Source of the DNA: Podarcis cretensis
Lineage: Eukaryota
DNA length: 64,000 bases
Direction: 5' to 3'
Assembly (NCBI GenBank): GCA_951804945.1
Contig: OX638153.1
Location: 29,574,001 to 29,638,000 of the forward strand
Both the position numbers and the translations under genes were made by a program. Shown here one piece after another: positions 24,570-32,885 of the stretch (the first letter of the stretch is position 1; every line of letters starts with the position of its first letter). Under the pieces are notes generated by a model, which did no database searches, was not told the DNA's origin, and saw only the letters and a program-made list of their open reading frames with translations.

Positions 24570-25300
24570 CACGATGGGGGGAGCACCAAGCTGGCGAAAA
24601 CTTGGGGGGGGGAGGCCCATGAATGACCCACAGCCTTGAGCCTGCGGGCGCGCAGCCCCGCTTCGGGCTGGTGTTGACGGCGGTCGCCCGCTGCCCCTCC
24701 TTCTGGTGGGAGTGGCCGCCTGCCGTGAGCGCCGGCGACAGCTGCCGGGCTGGCTGACCTTGCTCCGCCGTCGGATCCCCGCATCTCCGCCATGGCGACC
24801 AGGCTGCTGCTCCTCCGGCTCTTCCCGCGAGCTGTGCGGGCCACGGCGCCCGCCTCCATCCGAGCCATGAGCGCCGGGGGTGCGTACAGGCGGCGGCGGC
24901 GGGGCTGAGCGCGTTCTGCGGGGCTTGCGAGAGCGCGCTCCGGGGGAGCGAGGGGCTGCTTTTGCCTGGCGCTCGCAGACCTCGGCAAGGTGACCTCAAC
25001 TCAAACCAAAGCGCGGCACCCGTCCAGGAGGCGCCTCCTCGGGGTTATGAGGACGTGCTGGGCGCTCGAGGGCCCGTCCCCCCGGGGCGCTCCTGCCTGC
25101 TTTCCCACCGAGAAACCAAAGCCCACCCCCTACCCCGGGCGTATGGCAGGCAAGAGCCGCCCCTGGCACAAGGCCCCTTTGCGTCCCTCTTCTTGGAGGG
25201 AATCACGTGCCCTGTGGGGAAGACACGTGGAACAGCCCCCCATAAATGGCCTTTGAAGTGAGGCAGGCAATAGTCTGTTTGCAGAGCTGCACGTGAGTTT
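24570..25300 (+). promoter_or_regulatory. CpG-island promoter and intron 1 start of the COX5B-like gene
   Basis: CpG-rich; Kozak CCGCCATGG; ERR-type half site TGACCTTG at 24755-24762; CACGTG at 25204, 25224 and 25290. Confidence 0.7.
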
Positions 25301-28300
25301 TGGGGGAGGGGGAGGGAGTCACCATTGGCGTCCAGCGGGCTAATGATTAATAATTATTATCTAAACTTGACAATTACCCAAAGCAAAAGGGTTGTTTGTT
25401 TGTTTTCTGCTGAGGTTCTGTTGTAACTCTCCTTTGACCTGTGGGTGGAAGCCAAAGGTTCCGAAATGCCCTTCTCACCACAATTCTGCCACCCAGCCCC
25501 CTTCCTTGGTTAACTCTGCTGGTGTCCAGGGGATATGGAGTAATTTAGGAGTATGCTTTCCTACCACCCCACTTAGGTAAAGGTAAAGGCACCCCTGACC
25601 ATTAGGTCCAGTCGTGACTGACTCTGGGGTTGTGGCGCTCATCTCGCTTTATTCGCTGAGGGAGCTGGCATACAGCTTCCAGATCATGTGGCCAGCATGA
25701 AGCTAAGCCGCTTCTGGCGAACCAGAGCAGTGCATGGAAACACCATTTACCTTCCCACCCAGTGGCGTAGCGTGGGTTGTCAGCACCCGGGGCAAGGCAA
25801 GGCAAGTAATTTGCGCCCCCTAACCCATGGATTTGCACCCCCTAACCCTAACCCCCAGATGTTGTGCCCGGTGCGGCCGGCCCCCCCTGCACCCCCCATG
25901 CTACGCCACTGTTCCCACCGGAGCAGTGCCTATTTATCTACTTGCACTTTGACGTGCTTTCAAACTGCTAGGTTGGCAGCAGCAGGGACCGAGCAACGGG
26001 AGCTCACGGGGATTCAAACCGCCGACCTTCTGATCAGCAAGTCCTAGGCTCTGTGGTTTAACCCACAGCACCACCAGCGTCCCACCACCCCACTTACCAA
26101 ATTGCAAACATCATGTCCCTGAACAGAACCTGAAGGCAATAGCCCAGTAACTGGGATTCAATGGAATACTTTCTCTGAATCTAGAAGTGCCATATTACCG
26201 CTGTAACTAGTGATGGAAATACGCTCCCTTTTCTGCACTGTTTCTAGCTCTACAACATCCTTATTGAGATGAGTCAGCTAAAGCTGTACACAACATTCTA
26301 AATGTGGCAACACCATAGATCACAGAATCAGGATTGTAGAGTTAGAAGGGACAACGTAGTCCAACCTGCTGCAATGCAGGAAATCTTTGCCCAAGGTGGG
26401 GCTCGAACCAGCGACCCTGAGATTAAGATTTGCATGCTCTACCGATTAAACTATAATGTATTTTGTAAGGACATTGTGGTACTCAGAGTTTTCATTTCAG
26501 TCCATTTCGTTATCATCTGAAGCTGTCTTATTCACTGCAACGTACTGTTAATTTCATTGAGCTCTCTGCCATGACCCCCAGGTTCCCAATTAGACCCTGC
26601 TAGATCCCATCTGATCAGTGTACTTAGTAGGGGTGGTGGTAAAGAATATGTAGTGCATCCTAAAATATCACCTTCAAACCAGTATGATTTAGAAGTGCTT
26701 AATTTTATCAGGATTGTTTTGTTCTCCACATCTTCCTGGGGTTCATTTAGTTGGTTCAACATTTAATATTAAATTGCTACATCCTCCAAGGGCCCATGAA
26801 GCTCAGATTTTGAAAATTAAAACAAATTTTAAATTTGCCTGAAGCCAAAACAGAAAAGAGTGGGAAATACACAGGACAGCTGAGTTTGGTGGCTCCTTCA
26901 AGAGAAGTGGTATACCCAGTAGGTGGGAATCTGCATGGAATTCTATTTTCACGCTCTTTTTCATTACTATCTCAGTACACCTTGTCAAACCATAACGCAG
27001 GTGCCCTAAAGTGGGGATTCTGTAAAGCAGGAATAGACAACATGGTGCCTTCCGGTTGTTTTCAACTACAACTACCATAATCCCTTATCATTGGCAATGC
27101 CGCATGGGGCTGTTGGGAATTATAGTCCAAAGTATCTGGAGCGCATCAAGTTGGCTGTCCTTGATTTAATGTGTGAATTACAGGGTTTTAAAAGACTTTT
27201 TTTTTCCAGCCAGTGGCCTGGGAAGCATAGTACCTGCTCAGCAGTTAAGGCTAGATATACAGTATCTAAGCATGCAAACTGGTGTGTAAAAGAAGAGTTG
27301 GAAACTATGACAGCAGCATATTCCAGTTTGGTGCTAGAATTTTTCCTACAGCAGTTATTAAGAGGAATTTCCTACAGCAGTTATTAAGAGGAATTTCCTA
27401 CAGCAGTTATTAAGAGGAAGAGGCACTGATGGCAGGGATTTTGCTCATATAGAATCCTCTCACACATGGCCTGTTAGCTACCCAGAGGCGGGGGGCATAC
27501 CTAGTGATTGGATAGGTTGGCTCAGAGTGGCTGGGAGCCTGCCAATCCTCAGGCCACTCCTCCACTGCTCTGGGTGGCTGGGTGAGATGTGCAGGCTCCT
27601 CTTGGTGCCAGGATGAAGAACTCAGATTGCTGCAGCCCTGAGGGCCCCCCTCCCCAGTCGGCTGGCAGCGCTATTAGAAGTGTGAGTAGGGCACCCAGCA
27701 GGACTCAGAGGAACAAAACACAGGGAGAGGGCAAGAGTGGAATGGAGGCAGAAGGGAAAGAGGAAGACGTCAGGGAGATGGACTAATGGAGATGGTGGGG
27801 AGGCAGAGCAGACTCAACCCCAGTGTATGTGGAGGAAGTCACTGGCTGAGTGCAAAAGGCAATGAAAAGCAACCATTTTTAGTTTCTGGTCCATGGTCTC
27901 TCCCAACTTTGGTGTTGCCAAAACAGCTCCTTGCCAACAGCGCAAGGGACAGGGGAGGCAGCAGACTGTCTCTCCTTGCTGTAGACACAAGGGAGCCTAG
28001 TTATGCCTCTGTCCAAAGGTACAGTGGTACCTCTGGGTGTGGACACAATCCGTTCTGGGGTGCCGTTCGCACCCCGGGCAGTCTGCAACCAGAGCGGTGC
28101 TTCTACACATGTGCGAAGCGCAATAGAGCGCTTCTGCACATGTGCGAATGCTTCTGCACATAGGCGAACTGCGCAGAACACTTCTGCGCGTGCGGAGAAA
28201 CCCGTAAGTAAATACTTCCGGGTTTGTTGCATTCTTAACCCGAAAAAACACAACATGAAGCGTTCACAAGAAGAGGTATGACTGTAGTTGTTATCATCAA

Positions 28301-30262
28301 TGCCAACAAAGCAGAATGTAGAATGACAGAGAGAGAATCTGGATCAGAGCATAAAGAAAGATGGCAATTACAAAAGAAAGAGCTAGCTGCAATTGTTATG
28401 AAGGCCTGAGATTTGCATACTTAAGCCCATGCTGACCCTACATCTAACAGTTGCTTTAAATAGGTTTAAGTTTGCATATTAGTGCATAGTGTCAGATAGG
28501 TAATCAAATCTGGGGGTTTCCATTGTTCTTTTCAGGTATCCCTACAGATGAAGAGCAAGCTACTGGGCTTGAAATGAAAAGTATGCAAGCCTTGAAAAGA
28601 GGGGAAGTAAGTTTAAAGCAATTGAAGAGTTTCACTGAAATATGATTTTGTTTGGTTTCACACTCTTGACTAATAACTATCACCATCAGTGGAAGATTAA
28701 AAAAAAAAATTTAACCTCTAACCCAACCCATCTCCCATTGCTTTTGTTGACTACTCCATTGGCTGTGGTCTCATCATGCACTGTGACTTAGAGGTCTCAA
28801 GTCTTTACAGGCCCTGGAGATTTTTCTCAGCATCACTTAATTTACACATCAAACTGAATTTAAAAGCAATTAAATTCATGCAGATGAACCATGGTTGGAG
28901 TGGAATACAGCCTTAAACTCTTACTTCAGTCACCCAAGATTTATAACTTTTTTTCTTTTCCACTGTATTCTAGTTCTTTAAAAATCAACCCTTGGTCATT
29001 CAGTAAAGGAAAAACATGACAGGAGGGGATATATAACAACTGTGCTGCTAACTAACACATTTCTTCTTTATAAAGGATCCATACAACATCTTGAAGCCCA
29101 AGAAATATCCAGGAACCAGAGAAGAGCCTCATATTGTTCCATCAATTGGGGACAAGAGACTAGTGGGTTGTATCTGTAGGTATCAGAATTTGTTTGACTT
29201 CAGTACATACTGTCTTCCTGATTCTCATATTGCATAGTCTTGTAAAACCTATTAAGCACCAGACATTTCAGGTGCAATCCCGTCCCACCAAGGTGAAGCA
29301 ATCGTCTTTTGATTCAAACAATAGAGCCTTTCCCCTTCAACACATCCCTCAGTGCATGCATGCACTCAAAGTGGGATAATTATAGAGGCAGCATGCTCAG
29401 ACTTCCCATTCCCTGTCCTGGGCTGCCTGTGTGCATGCACAAGGGGAAGAAGCCACTGGACCCAAGGGGAGTTGAGGAGGGTAAGAGTGGGTGCAAGTAT
29501 TTCATCCATATCTTACAAATTACCTACAGCGAAATTTATGTTGTAATAGTGTTGATTTTTAACAGTGGTTTCTAGTTGAGTTGGGTGTGAGTGCTTTAAG
29601 AAATTTTGAAAATACTGTATAGGCATACTTATTGACCCTGTTACAAATGGAGCAGCATGTAAAATATGCAAAGCCTGAGTCTTTGGTAGAAGATGCATAC
29701 TATATTAAGATACAAGCATAGCATTTTCTATGATTCTTGCTTTGAAACACCAAGGAGCTAATGGCTCTTTCCCAGGTTGTTTTCTCTTTCTGGCCTTGTT
29801 TTCTTGTCCGACACCAACAGTCAGCAGGGTGACAAGTTAAACATTTCCTGCCAATTCTCCCCCACATTCATGCATTTGGGAGTCTCTTTCCCAGAGTCCC
29901 TGTGTAGTTATGTCCTATGACAACTACACAAAAGATGCAGCAACATGCAAAACTACTTTCCATTGATATGGTAGAAAAGATGCCATAATCAACTTCAAAA
30001 ATAGACCAAATTCAAAGGCTGCTGTTCCGTTATTCTAGGGAACCAAAATTGTTGTCAAATGTAACTGGCCCTTCTCTAAAGTCCTTGAAGCTTTCTAAAA
30101 TGTGGGTTCTTAATTAACAGATACTGGATTTTTTTCTTTCTTTTTGCAGGTGAGGAAGATAACTCCACTATTATTTGGTTCTGGGTACACAAAGGAGACA
30201 GCCACCGTTGCCCTCAGTGTGGGTCTTACTACAAGCTAACTCATTATGAACTCCCCCACTGA
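24792..30262 (+). CDS. COX5B: Cytochrome c oxidase subunit 5B-like, mitochondrial (COX5B paralogue, cox5b2-type); join(24792-24879,28536-28606,29076-29175,30150-30262), 123 aa
   Basis: Spliced protein [123 protein letters not shown]. It has an Arg-rich presequence, [11 protein letters not shown] and four Zn-ligand Cys. GT-AG introns in phases 1,0,1. Confidence 0.95.
25576..26083 (+). mobile_element. Sauria SINE interrupted by a hAT MITE
   Basis: GGTAAAGGTAAAGGCACCCCTGACCATTAGGTCCAGTCG head; TSD ACCACCCCACTTA (25563-25575 / 26084-26096). Confidence 0.85.
25760..25911. mobile_element. hAT (Tip100-like) MITE, 152 bp, nested in the Sauria SINE
   Basis: 17-bp TIR CAGTGGCGTAGCRTGGG; perfect 8-bp TSD TTCCCACC (25752-25759 / 25912-25919). 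Confidence 0.9.
26313..26450 (-). mobile_element. tRNA-Lys-derived SINE with CR1-like tail
   Basis: Minus strand TCGGTAGAGCATG..CTTAATCTCAGGGTC..GGTTCGAGCCCCAC resembles tRNA-Lys(CTT), followed by a CCCTTCTAACTCTACAATCCTGATTC CR1-type tail. Confidence 0.7.
27342..27419. repeat. Perfect tandem repeat, 3 x 26 bp
   Basis: Unit TTTCCTACAGCAGTTATTAAGAGGAA repeated three times. Confidence 0.95.
28022..28284. mobile_element. Tc1/pogo-type MITE
   Basis: TA-CAGTGGTACCTC ... GAGGTATGACTG-TA; related copy in opposite orientation at 45601-45838. Confidence 0.8.
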
Positions 30263-30315
30263 GAACTGATACCAAGAAAAGGTGTTTTTTCTTTCTTTCT
30301 TTCATTGTAGACTTA

Positions 30316-30321
30316 AATAAA
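30316..30321 (+). terminator. Polyadenylation signal of the COX5B-like gene
   Basis: AATAAA 53 nt after the TGA stop; a short 3'UTR is typical of COX subunit mRNAs. Confidence 0.7.
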
Positions 30322-30644
30322 TCTGCCTGCCTTTAGCTACATCAACCTTGGTTACTTTATTGCACCTGCATCTAAAAGCTGAAACAGAAATACAATACAA
30401 GAGCTCTGAACACTATCCCTTTTTTGGGATCAAAGCAGCCAAAGTGGGTCTGGTTTGGATTATGGCTGCAGCTGTGCTGTTTTTTCTATTTTTAAAATCA
30501 CTCCCACCCTCCTATAGCTGCTATTTACCCCATTAGAGGAAACATACAAGTGCCTATATGCTGGTGGATGAGGTACAATTAGGACCTTGATAGCAATGCA
30601 TGCACCCTCATTGCTCATAATTTACCACCTCAAGTGTAATAACA

Positions 30645-30708
30645 GCATGTGTGTGTGTGTGTGTGCGCGTGCGCGTGCGCGCGCACGCACACACACACAC
30701 ACACACAC
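30645..30708. repeat. Compound (GT)n(GC)n(CA)n quasi-palindromic microsatellite
   Basis: 64-bp alternating purine/pyrimidine tract with complementary GT and CA arms. Confidence 0.9.
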
Positions 30709-31079
30709 CTACCTGGCTTCATTCTTAAAACTCCTGCTGACACACAAAATATTCCTTCAAAAATCTCATCATTTTCACGGGAACTACTTCAACAAGTTAT
30801 TTGTGAACTACAAAAATGGAGATGATCCAAACTGCAACCAACAGAATGGTAGAAGAACCTAGCTTCACATGGCATGCTTGGTCAAAGTAACAGACGTCTA
30901 GGCTGAGCATTATTACAATTTAACACATGGTTATGGAACAAACATCTGCAAGGGAAGTAGTGATATGTTGGGAACTTAGTAGAAAGGAAAGACAACTTAC
31001 TTAACAAGGTATATGCAAGGAAGAACTCATTCATTGTAACGAGTAACTTGGGTTACTGCTTTTCCCACTTCCATTATAA

Positions 31080-31398
31080 CAGGGGTTGGAAAGGCTTACC
31101 AGCCACGGGCCGGATCACTCCTGTGGAGATTGTCCGTGGGCCGGACCGGCACAGCACGATGCTGGAAATCACGTCTGCGCATGCCCAGATGCCAAAAATT
31201 GCACCTGCGCAGGAATCGATTTTCAGCGTCTGGGCATGTGCAGAAGTGATTTCCAGTATCTGCATGTGCGCAGACATGATTTCCGGCGACGCTTGGACAC
31301 TCACTGCACAGTGCGCAGGGGACTCGCCGAGCGGGTGGCTCGTGAGCCAGTCTTCGTGGGCCGCATCCGGCCCTTGGCCCACACGTTGCCAATCCTTG
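31080..31398. mobile_element. hAT (Charlie-like) MITE
   Basis: Imperfect TIR CAGGGGTTGG / CCAATCCTTG; perfect 8-bp TSD CATTATAA (31072-31079 / 31399-31406); internal TGCGCATG subrepeats. Confidence 0.8.
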
Positions 31399-31775
31399 CA
31401 TTATAACATACAAAGTATTGCACATATGCATGAGCATGGTCCATGTGTATCTGATCCTTTGCTAAACCATGTCCTGTCATTTCAGCGTATCAATATAAAT
31501 TGACAGTATTGACAGTATTGCATTGACAGTATCCCTGTTTCACTCTTATGTGACATTGCCAGATGGACCTCAGTCATGCAGACTACAGAGCCTACATGGG
31601 TCTTGTACAGCCAGAACTGGGAGTTAAGGCTGAACCTCATATGAACCTCAAAATAATTATCACAGAGATGTGGGCTAAGTGACACATTGCTATGCTAACT
31701 CCTGCACAGAATCAAATTTGTTGAAAGAATGAAACACCTACATGCACACTTGTACATAATTCATTCAAGATTTTT

Positions 31776-31781
31776 TTTATT
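31776..31781 (-). terminator. Candidate distal HERC4 polyadenylation signal
   Basis: AATAAA on the minus strand about 1.1 kb downstream of the stop; more proximal AATAAA hexamers also occur at about 32486-32712. Confidence 0.45.
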
Positions 31782-32885
31782 TGATGCTTGAATTGTTTCA
31801 CTGCAGTTTATAAATCTAAAAAAAAATAAATATTTCACAGCTGAAAGTCACATACTATCCATTAACATGTAAACATTCAGGAACTTAAGCCAGCCCCCAC
31901 CCCATCAATCCTCATGTTCAATTCGATATCATCAAGAGATGTCTTACTGAAATCCAAAAAGTCTTTTAAAAAGAGAGCATTTAACAATTATCTGAAAAAG
32001 TGTAAACTGAACCAGAACTGCAAAACTGCTCTTTCAACATTTGTGAATGGGAACAAAAGGATAAAATTCTCAGCTCTACTGAAGGTAAAAGGCAAAAAGT
32101 GGAGCTGAAGCCAGGCATTCCTTGATTATTCTAATTACCAACAGTTGCCAAGGATTGAATTCCAAGATTAAATAATGGGTTCCATTCATAATTTTAACAA
32201 CTGATAGTTGCTTCATGCTGCCATGAGATTATCAGACAAATTATCTTTCACATTGTCCTGATCTCTTTTTTTTATGGTAACAGGAGCCATATTTGTTCCA
32301 GTATGAAAGGGTTGACATAAAATTTATGGCTCCTCATTAGATTTTTACAAAAAGACAAGAGATGCATATCTCTTAATTTATCAGCTCAAATGTTAACGCC
32401 TTTTGGGTGTGTGTCTGTTTTTATAAAATAAGCCCCAATTCAGTTACAAGCAATAGATACTCTACTGCTATTGGAGCACAGGTATTTTATTACAAAAAAA
32501 ATTTATTTACAAAATGAAAAACCTAATGTGACAGTTGCAGTGATTGGTGGGGGGGGGGAGAGTAAGCACACCTTACACACACACAGCAAGTCATTTTGCA
32601 ATATGTGAAGTACTAAAATTTAGTTAGTGAAACCATTGCTTTTATTCCAAAGTTGAATTTTTATTAAGATGGCAAAATGTGGCTCCAGCATTCATATCAA
32701 GACAGTTTATTAGTGTAAGGATTTTTGGCTGCCATTAGAGGATCCGATCACTGAACATGTTTACAAGCATTTCTTATAATAGCTCCGCTGCCAGGCTTTT
32801 CACCTAATGTGACACTGCAAGATAGATGCAAAATTAGTTCAATGTTCCCACGTTAAAGAGTTGCTGTGTTCTTAGCCTCTGCAAG

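Noticed and set aside
24229-24999. 256-aa and 139-aa minus-strand ORFs
   Set aside because: Antisense shadows of the COX5B-like CpG island running into MITEs; no recognisable domain.
26385-26450. tRNA-Lys-like sequence as a real tRNA gene
   Set aside because: Mutated stems and fusion to a CR1-type tail identify it as a SINE head; the same applies to the tRNA-Ile-like sequence at about 39020-39093.
27342-27419. CRISPR-like direct repeats
   Set aside because: No spacers, eukaryotic intron context; a simple tandem repeat.
24792-30262. COX5B-like locus as a processed pseudogene or NUMT
   Set aside because: It has three canonical introns, an intact frame, a promoter and a polyA signal, and COX5B is nuclear-encoded.
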